A stretch of 64,000 nucleotides of DNA from contig CAUYUJ010000226.1 in assembly GCA_963575745.1 (NCBI GenBank), positions 558,001 to 622,000 of the forward strand. Direction: 5' to 3'. Each line of letters starts with the position of its first letter. Position 1 is the stretch's first letter. The notes under the pieces were generated by a model, which made no database searches, had not been told where the DNA came from, and worked only from the letters and a program-made list of their open reading frames with translations. Both the position numbers and the translations under genes were made by a program. This document shows, in pieces, positions 30,201-42,163 of this stretch. The DNA is from Prorocentrum cordatum (Eukaryota).

Positions 30201-31416
30201 GCCCTGCCAATTCGTGAGTAGCACCCGAGCCGCAGCGTGTCTAATGGGAAAAACAACAGACCCCATGTGCGCAATGCTGGGGCGGGGTGCGCCGGGCGTG
30301 CGCGTGCCAGGCGCGCCGCGCGCGCCAGGTCCTCCAGGCACCCCTGTGGCCCAAGCGTACTGGGCACCCCTGGTGTGCCAGATGCCACGCGTAGTCCACG
30401 TGCGACATGTGTGCCGCAGGCTGCAGCCGCGCCAGGCATGCCACGTTCGGGACACGCGCAGGGTGTGCCAGGTGCGCCTGCGCTCGTGGCAGCACGCATC
30501 GGGCAGCGCGTTGGCCCCCACGCCCTGGTCGAAGACCAGTTCGCAATCGCGGCGGGGTGGCCATTATATCGCCGGGTTGGCTTGCACAAAGCAGGCAATA
30601 TGCCAGCACCCCTCAAAACAATAATGCACAGTGATCGCAGGGTGTCCGCGCATGATCCAGATTTTGCCTCGAAGTGCATGTTGTATTGTTTTTTTTTTAA
30701 CAGGGATGCTTGCCCTGCGCAAAGCGGACAACATGCGGGCACCCCCGCCGTCCCTGTCAAAAGAGCAATACAAAGTCCCCGCGGCCCCCCCGACCATGAG
30801 CCAAGATTCTGCCATAAGTGCACTTCATTTTGTTTTTGTCACAGGGACGGTGGTGGGGGGCCCTCATTGGTCCTGGTTGGCTGCCTGCCGCCTGGGGAAA
30901 GGTTTTTTTATATATATATATATATATATATTACTAAGGAACAGTGACGCAGTGATGGAGGAGGACGACGCGGACGAGGAGGAGAAGGAAGGAGGAGGAG
31001 GAGGAGGAGGAGGAGGAGGGAGGAGGAGGAGGAGGAGGAGGAGGAGGAGGAGGAGGAGAGAGAGGAGGGAGGAGGAGGAGGAGGAGGAGGAGGAGGAGGG
31101 AGGAGGTCAGGAGGAGGAGGTCGGGAGGCATGAGGGAGGCAGCAGGGGCCCTGCGTCCATATGCCATGCCCGTCGGTCGCTGGAACGAGGTATTCTCGGT
31201 TTTCGGGATCCCAATTGACTTTTCGGCACCTTCAGGCTTCAATGATCGAGAAGGTTCCCCTCTCTCTTCCTCTTTAGGGGACGGGCGGAAACCCAATCTT
31301 CTTCCACCGCCTTCCTACTTCATATTTCTACCCACTTCTTCGGACCGCTGGGTACGCATTACAACAGCTGGTTTGAGCATTGCCTAGAGTCAGGAGTTTT
31401 GACCCCCGAGCGCCCT

Positions 31417-31524
31417 GACCATACCTGGCCTTATCTTGCCTTATCTTGTCTTGGTTTGCCTTGCCTTACCTGGCCTCACCTTGTCTTGCCTTATCTTACC
31501 TTACCTTGCCTTACCTTGCCCTGA
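31417..31524 (+). repeat. Degenerate (CCTTA/TCTTG)n pentamer tract
   Basis: Direct reading of the sequence. The tract ends in CCTCCTCCT. Confidence 0.85.
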
Positions 31525-31780
31525 CCTCCTCCTTTGACGGACCTGCCCGGCCTTTCACGCTGCCGCGGCTGGGCGCGGGCCAGAACGCGTGTCAGGGCGT
31601 TGCCCTGAAGTGGTCCGGATGCCAGTTGTGAGCGTACGTTTGGCACGGGGAGGCGGTGAAGAGTGCACAGGCCGCAGCCAAACATCCGTGCCACACCATC
31701 CGCTCACAACATGTTTGCATGCATCGTCAACTCGCAACTCGACTCACGGGGACTACACACCATCAACTCGCAGTGGTTTG

Positions 31781-31800
31781 GCCGCAGCCACAGGCTCGAG
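31781..31800 (+). other. Putative relic dinoflagellate spliced leader
   Basis: GCCGCAGCCACAGGCTCGAG compared with DinoSL DCCGTAGCCATTTTGGCTCAAG. It ends 59 nt before the likely ATG of an intronless gene. Confidence 0.6.
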
Positions 31801-31859
31801 ACGCACCCGAGACAGATAGGCCGCGACGCAACGGACAGAGCCGAGCCGGAGAGTGGCTC

Positions 31860-33467
31860 ATGGAGCCATCATCGTCTTCTGCCACCGCAGCCGCTGCTGC
31901 CGAGGAGGCTGTCCCTCGCCTCTGCCGGGGCCAGAGCGTGCTCAGGAAGGTCACCAACCCGTTCGAGAATGAGGCCCCGTGGACAGCGTACGAGTGCGCC
32001 AAGGCAGTGCTGGTGGGCATCACCCTGCTCCCCGTGCGCATCGCCGTGTGCCTGGCGGCGCACTGTGCCCAGGCGGGCGTGGCAAAGCTTGCCAGCGCGG
32101 GCATGCCCCTGCAGAACGACAGGGGCTGCTTTCGCCACCAGGAGCCGCTCGGCTTGGCGCGCCGTCTGGTCCGAGCGCCTCTGCGGGTCACGAACTCGAT
32201 GTTCCTCTGGAGCCTCGGCTTCTGGCGCATCGACGTAGACGATCGACGCAGGGACAAGAAGTCTCTGGCGAATATCGTTGTTGCGGCCCCGCACAGGAAT
32301 CTGATGGACCCATTTATCATGGCCGCTGTGTTTCCTCCATGGATTGCGGGTGTCGGCAAGGCGGATTTGTTGAACATACCCTTGCTCTGCCACACAGGCG
32401 TGGCCTGCGAGGGCATATTCGTGGACCGCAAGAATCCAGACAGTCGGCAGGCGTGCAAGGATGCAATTGCCCACCGCGCCAAGCCCTCTTGGACTGGCTT
32501 GCCACTTCTCATCTTTCCCGAGGGCACCACCACGAACGGCAGGGCCTTCATCCAGTTCAAGCTCGGCCCGTTCAGTCCGGGACAACCTGTGCAGCCGGTG
32601 TTGTTGAAGTACAGGATCGCTCATTTTGATTTCTCTTGGGTCGGCAAAAACTCGAACATGGGGATGTGCATTTTGCGCATGATGTTGCAATTCGCAAATT
32701 TCTGCACCGTCACCATACTCGACACGTACGTGCCGTCCGAGGAAGAGGTCCGGGACCCCATCCTCTTCGCGAACAATGTGCGGGCCTTGATGGCCGAGGA
32801 GTTTGATGTACCCACCACGGAGCACTCATATGATGATGTTTGGTTTGCTGCTGACGCCGTACGCGGGAATGTGGGCCAGGATTTCGAGTTGGCTCAGGTG
32901 AAGCGGCTGTACGATATGGACCTCGACACGCTGAAGGTCCTTCTCAAAAGCTTCAGGAAGTTTGATACGGACAACTCGGGGACCCTGTCGAGGGCCGAGT
33001 TTGACAAGGCGTTTCAGCTTTCAGAGCACAGGTGCCCTGCATCGTTCGATCACCTCTTTTCGTTCTTCGACACAGACGGCAGCGGCGCCATCTCGTACCG
33101 CGAGTTCATCCAAGGGCTCGCCTTGCTTTCCGGGCGGTGCTCCGTGCAGAGCCAGGCGAAGCTGGCCTTCCTCATCTTTGATGTCGAAGGCACCGGGCAG
33201 GTCCAGATCGACGCCCTCCAGAAGGCCCTGGACAATGCTGTGGCGCACGCCGGGGATGCGTCCCCTGGTAAGCGGATCTTCGAGATGTGCGGGAGAGAGG
33301 GCGGGGCCGTCGGTTTTGAGGAGTTCTGCGCGCTGGTGGAGCGGGAGCCGGGGATCCTCGAGTCCGCGATTTCCCTGTCCAGGCAGCGGGTGGGTACAGT
33401 CGAAGAGGCAGCCCTGCAGGCCAGCGATGAGAAGGACAAGAGGGGCAGAGCCAGGATCAGCGATTAG
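31860..33467 (+). CDS. LPCAT: Lysophospholipid acyltransferase (LPCAT1/2- or LPEAT-like) with C-terminal EF-hands, 535 aa, intronless
   Basis: N-terminal NPF plus hydrophobic helix. Acyltransferase motifs APHRNLMD (HX4D), IFVDR, IFPEGTTTNG and PVQPV. EF-hand loops DTDNSGTLSRAE and DTDGSGAISYRE. High GC3. The first ATG after the SL-like relic was preferred to the ORF-track GTG at 31656. Confidence 0.93.
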   Translation: MEPSSSSATAAAAAEEAVPRLCRGQSVLRKVTNPFENEAPWTAYECAKAVLVGITLLPVRIAVCLAAHCAQAGVAKLASAGMPLQNDRGCFRHQEPLGLARRLVRAPLRVTNSMFLWSLGFWRIDVDDRRRDKKSLANIVVAAPHRNLMDPFIMAAVFPPWIAGVGKADLLNIPLLCHTGVACEGIFVDRKNPDSRQACKDAIAHRAKPSWTGLPLLIFPEGTTTNGRAFIQFKLGPFSPGQPVQPVLLKYRIAHFDFSWVGKNSNMGMCILRMMLQFANFCTVTILDTYVPSEEEVRDPILFANNVRALMAEEFDVPTTEHSYDDVWFAADAVRGNVGQDFELAQVKRLYDMDLDTLKVLLKSFRKFDTDNSGTLSRAEFDKAFQLSEHRCPASFDHLFSFFDTDGSGAISYREFIQGLALLSGRCSVQSQAKLAFLIFDVEGTGQVQIDALQKALDNAVAHAGDASPGKRIFEMCGREGGAVGFEEFCALVEREPGILESAISLSRQRVGTVEEAALQASDEKDKRGRARISD

Positions 33468-34419
33468 CGGAGCTCTTCCATATCCATACACAGCGCTTCG
33501 CGTTGCCGCGATCGGACGGGATCTTGTGTCGAATGCGTTGGGTGCCTAAGTGGTTCTCGGGCGTCCTCTTGGTACGCATTGTCAGTTTGGTTTATCTGGT
33601 ATGGCGCACTTCTGGTATGCTTCGTCCGCGTGGTATGTCTCGTGCGTCTGGTCTGGCTGGTCTGCTTGGCGTGTCTGGTGTGGTCCGGATCCTGTGATCC
33701 GTCTGCTACCCGTCCTCGTTTTTATCCTCCTCATCCTCCCTCTCTGCTCAACCGTGCATCCCCTCTTGGACGTGCTGGGTCCGCCCGGGGTGCCTCCCCC
33801 GGGTGTGTCTAGTTTGCCTGGTCCGGCTGGTTTTAGTCAGCCTGCCTCATCGCCCTCTCCGTGGGGGGTTCTCGGTGGTCCTCTGTCGGCAACGCGGGTC
33901 CATCACAGGATGCGATTCGGAGGAGGAGGAGCAGGAGCAGGAGCAGGAGCAGGGGAGGGGAGGGAGCTTTCCCTCGCGTGCCGAAATCCCTCTGCCCAGT
34001 CTGGAAGGAGGGGCCCCTCGGCTGCGCCCGCCACGCTGCCACGGGTGCGAGCCCCGAGGGCGTCCGGCGCTTGCGTTCACCCCCCCCCCCTCGCTGGAGG
34101 CCTCGCCCACGGGGCCCTGGCGTGACAAGAGACCTCTCTCTCCATTGAGCACAGTGCTGTCCCGGACCCATCTGACACAACGAGCTCGTGACCCAACTCA
34201 GGCCCCCAATGTTTAGGGATGTCCCGAAGCACAGCGGTGGTCTCGTCGGACAAAGTTGCACAGAAAGGCCCCCTATCCCTGATGTTTTGGGCCCTCCTAA
34301 CCTAGGTCCCCTCCCGCCCCCTCCCAAAGGGTTAGGGGTATTTCTATGGCTTATCAGTTTTTGTGCACTGGCGGCAATCAGCATGACTGGGGAGGGGGCG
34401 GGTGGCGGGAGGGGGCCGC

Positions 34420-34504
34420 TCACGTCACGATTCGCGCTGACGCCGTCTGGGAATGCGCAAGAGTGGCCGATTCCCAGACAGCGATGGCGCGAATCGTGAC
34501 GTGA
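34420..34504. mobile_element. 85-bp hairpin element family F with perfect 18-bp terminal inverted repeat
   Basis: TCACGTCACGATTCGCGC / GCGCGAATCGTGACGTGA. Second copy at 57549. Confidence 0.75.
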
Positions 34505-35216
34505 CCAGGGGGAGGAGGCGGGGTTTGGGGGGGGGGGGGGTCACGGGCGGTATCGCGAACAGTGAAATCACGGGTTCCTGTCGTCGCGATTTCCTCACAA
34601 TTTGCGGTCTTGCCCTGCTTCGGGCCCCCTGGGCCCTCGCGGGAGCGGCTCGAAAGGTGCCGCAGAAAGATAGGGTCCAGGGCTCTGGCCTCGTCTTGCG
34701 ATGTTGCGTGCTGTTCGTGACGTCGGATCTCGGGGTCGGGACGGAAGGCGGCTCCCACCCAAGACCGCTCTCGCCCTGATGCGCGTGAGGATGCCAAATC
34801 TGACATCTGTCCAGCATGTACACTCTCGGAAGCACGGTGCCTCTTTGAACGCCTGGCTCTCTCCTCGAGCCTTCCTGCCGCTTCCTAGCCTGTGGTCCTC
34901 CTGCCCCGCGTCCAGATCAGCCAGCAGCACCAGAGACGGGCCGACCACGGGAGCGACGGCGACGCCGGCGGCGACGTCGACGACGGCGGAGACGAAGACG
35001 ATGGCGACGACGGCGGGAGAGGAGGGGAGCACACGGGGCAGGTCGGGCCGCGCGAGAAGGCAGCGACGGCGACGAGGGGGCCGGGGAAGGACCGGCGAGG
35101 CGAGCCCCCGAGGAAGAGCCCCGTGGGGCCAGCGCCCGACCCCCCCGCAATGGCGGGCCAGAGTGCGGCGCCGCATCCCGCGCGGCCGAGGTGTGCCGTC
35201 TCCAGGGGCCGCGCCG

Positions 35217-35252
<36 letters not shown>

Positions 35253-35310
35253 CCTCCTCCTCCTCCTCCTCCTCCTCCTCCTCCTCCTCGTCTTCCTCCT
35301 CCTCTTCCTC

Positions 35311-36618
35311 CCCGTTGGCGACTCCCGAGGCAGCCGGTTGCGGCACACACGTGTCGGCGGTTCAGCGGTGGTTGGACCTGAAGCCGGGGGTCCCCAATCG
35401 TCCACTGATCGCCGATAGGGACCCGATAGCCCCCACCTGCCCAGGTGCGTGCGGCTTCACTAATCTGGGGCTTATCGCCGATCAGTCGGCGATGATTCGC
35501 CGATTCCAGGTCGATGTCCCCCCCCTACTCCAGTACCCCCCCACCTCATCTTTGCCCGTCACTAAAGATTGTAAAATGGTCACAAGCTCGTGCCGGACGA
35601 AAGGGTAGGATAGAGTTACGAGAGATGCCGCATGCAGCTGGTTTCCGCCCCGCCGCCAGGCCTGTTCCTAGATACGCCGCTCGGCGCCAGGCGACGCCAG
35701 GAAAACCGGCCACATGAGCCCTTTGCGACCCTCCCCGTCTCCCCCCCCCCCGACAAGCAGAACCTTCACTTCTTGTAGGCCGCTCGTCCTCAGGGCCCCA
35801 ATCCCTCGCGGCGCCATGCGGAGCCCTGCTCTCTCCACGCGGGCGCCGCCGATGCATCGCCGGTGTCGCCGATGCACCGGCGATGCATCGGCGATGTATC
35901 GCCGACGCATCGGCGATGCGTCAAGCAGTGGCGAAGCGTCCTGGCTCGTCTGTAGGCCTACCAAACAATGTTCTGAGAACCTTTGGTGGTTTCCACGACA
36001 TGTTCTTAGAGCATTTCTGGCTGGGACTGTCTTGTTTTGGCACTTCGGGCTTCTGCTCTAAGAACAGTGTTTTTTGTTCTTAGAGCATCTCTGGGTTTGA
36101 AGATCATGCCGTGGTAGGCCTACAGGAATGCCGGGGGACGGCCGGTCCCTGCTCCAATGCGGCGCGATCCTCCGACCCCATCCGCGCCGACCCCATTCGG
36201 GAGGCCTCGCAGCTATATCCGTGCGCCGAGTCGTGCGCCAGGGGAGAGGGCCGAGGAGTGCCGCCGCTTGCCGCGGTCCGCGGCGGAGGCGGGCGCCGGC
36301 GCTGGTCGAGCAACCGGTGGGCCGCGCCCGGCCAGGGATCACGGGGGCCGGAGGAGGAGGAGAGGGCGGCCGCGGAGAGGGAGCGCGGGGGGGGCGGCCC
36401 CCCGGCTCAAGCAGCGGCGAAGCGGCCTGTCTTTGTGATTCGGCCACGCGCAGAGGGGGGGCGGGCTCTCAGAAGCACCCCCTGCTTCTTAGAAGGCGCG
36501 GGCCTTCTCTGTAGATGTAAGGCCGGCGCCTTCTAAGAGGCGTAGGTGGAGTCTCCCCAGTGATGAATGCCCTGCTGCAAACAGTCGCACTAAGCAGAGG
36601 TCTGGAGGCAGACCCTCC
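35311..36618 (+). repeat. Left arm of long inverted repeat
   Basis: Reverse complement of 37512..39014 along its length. Confidence 0.92.
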
Positions 36619-37511
36619 TGAGATCCCAGGTCCCAGGGCTTCCACTGATTTCTGGTGTGGGAGCGCCACGCCTCCCATCGCAAATCCATCGAGGCCCAAG
36701 AAGCACAGGGCACCCTGGCAGCGAGCGGGGCGTTCCTTGGCATGGGCTTCCGCTGTACTCCGGTTCTCGGCACCTGGGGTCGCCTGCGCACTCCTCGCGG
36801 CGTGGACTCCCTTTGGGAAACCCGAAGGCGCCGATGCCGCTGTAGTCGGAGCTGATTCAATCAGCTCCAGTGGAGGGGACACGCGAGAGGACACAAGACC
36901 CTTCCGAGGGCCACGTTGCCAGCCAGGAGTGTAGAAGGCACGGGCAGGACACAAGGGTACCCTCGGTCTGGCAGGGTCGACCGACCTACTCACCAGCCTA
37001 GACTGTGCTCCCCGGACCTCTCTCCAGTGGTGTGGCCTGGCCAGAATTTCGAGGCGAATCCAGGCGGTGGCGACGAAGACCTCCCAGGAGGCACAAAAAG
37101 GTGACATCGAAGGAAAGGCAGCGGTGTGGGTACCTTTGCCTCCTCCGAACTCCGGTTCTCGGTGCCTGAGGTCGCCTGCGCACTCCTCGTGGTGGGAACT
37201 CTCGACGCCTGGGACCCCCCCCGCGGCCGCCCTCTCCTTCTCCTCTGTTGAGCAGGGACCGACCACTCCAGTATCCTGCAGGCCTACCACGACATCTTCT
37301 TCGGGCCCCAACAGATTCTAATAGCAAGCACAAGGTTCTTATGAAATAGACCCTGTGTGTAACACGGGACAGTCTCAGACAGCAGTGTTCTCGGATCCTT
37401 TTGTGAAGCCGCAATAGGTTCTTGGATCATCCTGCGGTGGGCTATACGTAGGCAAGTGGGCGTTTTCGGATTCGGCGTTTCGACATTGGGCGGAAAGGGG
37501 GGGTGCGGGGG

Positions 37512-39014
37512 GGAGGGTCTGGCTCCGGACCTCTGCTTAGTGCGACTGTTTGCAGCAGGGCGTTCATCACGGGGGAGACTCCACCTGCTCGAAACAGGCG
37601 CCACAAACAGCAAAGATCTACACCATATAGGGGGGAAGGGGGGGGCGTGCGAGGGCCCGCGCCGATCGGCAAAACATTGCGTAGAAAAACGATCACTGGG
37701 TGGTGCGCACAAGGGGGTGGAGGGAGGGGGGAGGGCTTCTTGGATGGAGGTCGCTCCTTAGAAGGCGCCGGCCTTACATCTACAGAGAAGGCCCGCGCCT
37801 TCTAAGAAGCAGGGGGTGCTTCTGAGAGCCCGCCCCCCCTCTGCGCGTGGCCGAATCACAAAGACAGGCCGCTTCGCCGCTGCTTGAGCCGGGGGCCCCC
37901 CCCCCCGCGCTCCCTCTCCGCGGCCGCCCTCTCCTCCTCCTCCGGCCCCCGTGCTCCCTGGCCGGGCGCGGCCCACCGGCTGCTCGACCGCGCCGGCGCG
38001 CGCCTCCGCCGCGGACCGCGGCAAGCGGCGGCACTCCTCGGCCCTCTCCCTGGCGCACGACTCGGCGCACGGATATAGCTGCGAGGCCTCCCGAATGGGG
38101 TCGGCGCAGATGGGGTCGGAGGATCGCGCCGCATTGGAGCAGGGACCGACCGTCCCCCGGCATTCCTGTAGGCCTACCACGGCATGATCTTCAAACCCAG
38201 AGATCTTCTAAGAACAAAAAAAAACCACTGTTCTTAGAACAGAAGCCCGAAGTGCCAAAACAAGACAGTCCCAGCCAGAAATGTTCTAAGAACATGTCGT
38301 GGAAACCACCAAAGGTTCTCAGAACATTGCTTGGTAGGCCTACAGACGAGCCAGGACGCTTCGCCACTGCTTGACGCATCGCCGATGCGTCGGCGATACA
38401 TCGCCGATGCATCGCCGGTGCATCGGCGACACCGGCGATGCATCGGCGGCGCCCGCGTGGAGAGAGCAGGGCTCCGCATGGCGCCGCGAGGGATTGGGGC
38501 CCTGAGGACGAGCGGCCTGCAAGAAGTGAAGGTTCTGCTTGTCGGGGGGGGGGAGACGGGGAGGGTCTCAAAGGGCAGAGTAGAGAATCAGCTCATGTAG
38601 CGGGTTTTCCTGGCGCCTCCTGGCGCCGAGCGGCGCCCATGTATCTAGGAACAGGCCTGGCGGCGGGGCGGAAACCAGCTGCATGCGGCATCTCTCGTAA
38701 CTCTATCCTACCCTTGCGTCCTGCACGAGCTTGTGACCCCTCTACAACCCTTAGTGAAGGGCAAAGATGAGGTGGGGTGGTACTGGAGTAGGGGGGACAC
38801 ATCGACCTGGAATCGGCGAATCATCGCCAACTGATCGGCGACAAGCCCCAGATTAGTGAGTCCGCACGCACCTGGGAAGGTTGGGGCTATCGGGTCCCTA
38901 TCGGCGATCAGTGGACGATTGGGGGCCCCCGGCTTCAGGCCCCACCACCGCCGAACCGCCGACACGTGTGTGCCGCAACCGGGCAACCGGCTGTCTCGGG
39001 AGCCGCCAGCGGGG
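37512..39014 (-). repeat. Right arm of long inverted repeat
   Basis: Matches 35311..36618, with ~170 bp of extra sequence at ~37587..37756. Confidence 0.92.
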
Positions 39015-39656
39015 AGGAGGAGGAGGAGGAGGAGGAGGAGGAGGAGGAGGAGGAGGAGGAGGAGGAGGAGGAGGAGGAGGAGGAAGGGGAGGGTGAGAAG
39101 GAGGAGGAGAAGGATGTCCTCCCCATCCTCCTTCCCCCCCGTCCTACCTATGGTAGTCGTGGTGGAAAACTGGCCCATTTCTGGTGGCGCCGCCAGGCGG
39201 GGGCCAGCGCAGACCCAATCGAGCCGTGTGGAGCTCGGAAGAGTGGCGATTGCGCGCTGGGCGCATGCCGTTTCGCAGGAACGAACGAAGGACGTACACG
39301 TAATGAATCCACGCTGGATTCGAAAGTGTGCGTTGCGCGAACGTTCGCATCACGAGGTTGGTCTCGCGGACTGGGGGGCCGTATTCATGTGCGTGGCTGG
39401 GCGCGTGCGTTTTTTGTGAGCTCCTTATTTTCGCGAGTGGAGCAGCCGGCGGAGAGGGAAGAGAGGGGGTTCGGGCAGGCCTCCTGCTGCTCCGCCCTCG
39501 GGAGCGAGCGGGGGGGGAGGTGGTGATCGCGGCAATTTCACGTGGTGCAGGTTCAGGCGGGAACGCCTCGACGCCCAGTCGCCCACTGATCGCCGACAGG
39601 GGCCCGATCGCCCTCTCCGCCCAGGACCGCGCGGATCCGCCATCGGGGGCCCCTCC

Positions 39657-39813
39657 CAGGAGGGGAAAAAACACAGGCACAATTAATCGACGATTCCCCA
39701 CAAAATGGGAAAATATGGGAAGTGGGGGGGAAGACGAAAGCCCCAACAATATTGGAAAATATGGGGAATATTTTTACTTGTGTGTATGTATTTGTGTGTC
39801 CTGGGGCCCCTTC
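39657..39813 (+). mobile_element. Family B element
   Basis: Colinear with 10599..10762. Confidence 0.8.
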
Positions 39814-40039
39814 GTACTCCTCGAACAGGCGGGGGTCGGTACGGTCGAAATGTACATGGGCACGAAAGCCAGCAGCATCTCCTGTCCATTTGAGCAGGCC
39901 TCGCGGTCGGTGTCGCCGCGGACGTATAGAGCATTCGAGGCAGAAGGCCGCCGGCGCAACAGTGGCCGCTGTCGCTTTGGCGCAACACTTGCTGCTGGGC
40001 ATCGTGCCCGCTTTTTCCGTACCCATTTCGGGCGTCCAA

Positions 40040-40190
40040 AGGGGGGACAACACACAGACACTATTCATCGTCGACCCCCAGGAACATATGGAAACATATG
40101 GGAAATGGGGGGGACGACGATCACCCAGAAAATACTGGAAAATTATTAAAATCTTGGGATTTGTGTGTATTTATTTGTGTGTCCCTGGGC
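40040..40190 (+). mobile_element. Family B element, diverged
   Basis: ACACACAGACAC...TTTGTGTGTATTTATTTGTGTGTCC. Confidence 0.7.
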
Positions 40191-42000
40191 TTTTTTAGTC
40201 CATATGGGGGGAGGTGATGAGGAGCAGGGAGGCGTAACGTGCAGCGCCGAGCAGGACGCGCAGGAGAAGCAGGCAGGGGAAGTGGGCAGAGGGCACGCAC
40301 ATCGCGCACGCGCTAAGGAGCGAGAGAGGCCGAGGAGAAGGAGGGAGGAGCAGGAGGAGGAGGAGCAGGAGCAGGAGGAAGAGGAGGCGGAGGAGGAGGA
40401 GGGAAAGGAGGCGGACGCCGAGGAGGAGGAGGAGGAGGAGTGAGTGAGTGCGTGAGGGATGAAAGGAGGAAGGGAAAAAGATAGGAAGGGATGGAGGCAT
40501 GCAGGAGGAGGAGGAAGAGGAGGATGAAGAAGAGGAGGAGGAGGAGGAGGTGGAGGAGGAAGAGGACGACAAGAAGGATGATGGAAGAGGAGGAGCAGGA
40601 GGAGGAGGAAGCACTAGCGTACAGTGCCCGCTTCGGGGACGTCCCGCGGTGCATGTCCAGAGCCTGTTCTGTTCGAGGCCATCTTGGGCCGTCTCGGGGC
40701 TTTCTTGGGCTGTCACGGAGCTATCCTGGGGTCACTGTGCTGGCCCTGGTGGCCGGTCTGGGCTGTCTTCAAAGCCATTCCGGGCCTCTCAGACGCCTTG
40801 GAGAGCGCCAGGGAGGCGTCGCGGTACCCAAGGAGCCTCGGGAAGAGGGAGTGATGCATGCCGCCGGATGCGACCAGGAGTTGGGGGGCCCTTCAGAAGA
40901 TTACAGAGACCTGGCCAAGTAGCGCGTGGGATTCTACCACGCCTCGGTTTGCCAGGGGGGCACAGGTTCGGATCTTCCGCCCCATGCCCTTCGTCATCGG
41001 CCACGCGGCGGGGACAAACAGGCCGCGCGAGGACGCGCCTCGTGCAAGCCCTGCGTGGCCGGCCGCAGAATCCCTGGCCGCGCCAGAAGTTTGAGGCCGA
41101 GCCTGTTGGCCTGGTGGTGCCCTCCTCCCTCGCCTGCCCTGCAGCCGTGGCGCGTGCCCGCCGTGTCCAGGTCCCCCCCGGCAGTCGTGCGCTGCGGCCT
41201 CGGCCGGAGAGCCGCCAGTCTTCAGGGCGGCCCCGCCGAGGGCGCGGAGCTGCTGCCGCACGCTGCGGGGCGCGGGGGCGCGCTGCGCCAGGCTTGCAGT
41301 GAGCGGCTCGAATGAGGAACACTTCCTTTTCAAGAGGGGCTCGGTCGTTCCTTAGGTTTGCATGCGTGCTGCTACCCTTTCTGGCGGCGAGCCCCCCTGA
41401 TGTTCCTTCGGACTTCGTAGACCCACTTGGAACGACAGGGGGCTTCGTTCCTTGTTTATCGTTCCTTAGGTCAGGCCGATGACTGTAGGTGGCCGAGCTT
41501 CCTCTCTCGGGCCGCCGCTCGCCGCACAAGCTTGCCCAACTGCAAGGCGGCCCGCGTGGCGCGCGCCACCAGGCTGCTTGCCTATTTTTGTTTGTTGCTT
41601 TGGCCCGCCCTGTCGCGTCGTGACAGCCGCGCCGCGCCGAGTTCCGTGGTCGCGCCGCCCTCCCCACCTCCACAAAGACTGCGGCAGGAGCATGCTGCTC
41701 GGTGTTGCGGCGCCCCCGGCGCTGTGCGCGCGCGTCTCAGGGCGTGCCATGTGCCCTGAGATGCGCGCGCACTGTGCCTACGCAACTGGCACTTGCCGCA
41801 CGTGCCAGCTGCACAGGCGGGCGCCGATCCACTGGCGGCCGGGTGTTGGTGGTGCGTTCGACGCGCAGTTGACGGCACGTCATCGGCACCATCCAAGCAA
41901 TCGTAGTTAGACTAAGTGTGCGTGGGCCCCCAGGGGCGATGCGTGCGTTCAGGAAATTTGCTCGTACATGCTCGTTGGCGGGCGCTTTCTGGCCATACCG

Positions 42001-42163
42001 TTAAGTCGGGCGTGCCCCTCCACAGGAGGAAGACTCAAACATAGGAAAAAAGTAGCCTGGGAAAAAGTGTTCGATTATTTGTTTGACAACTGTTTGATTA
42101 TTTGTTGAGTATGTCTATTTTGTTCGTCGAAGATCCGCCTGTAGGGCGACATGCTCGACCTAA
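42001..42163. mobile_element. MITE family L (TTAA-GTCGGGCGTG...CACGCCCGAC-TTAA)
   Basis: ~26-bp imperfect terminal inverted repeat and AT-rich core. Relative at 61860. Confidence 0.7.

Noticed and set aside
31656..31859. 68-codon N-terminal extension of LPCAT in the ORF track
   Set aside because: It begins at GTG, spans the SL-like relic and lacks family features. ATG 31860 is more plausible.
31763..32825. Antisense ORFs of 265 and 318 aa over LPCAT
   Set aside because: Shadow frames of a high-GC3 gene.
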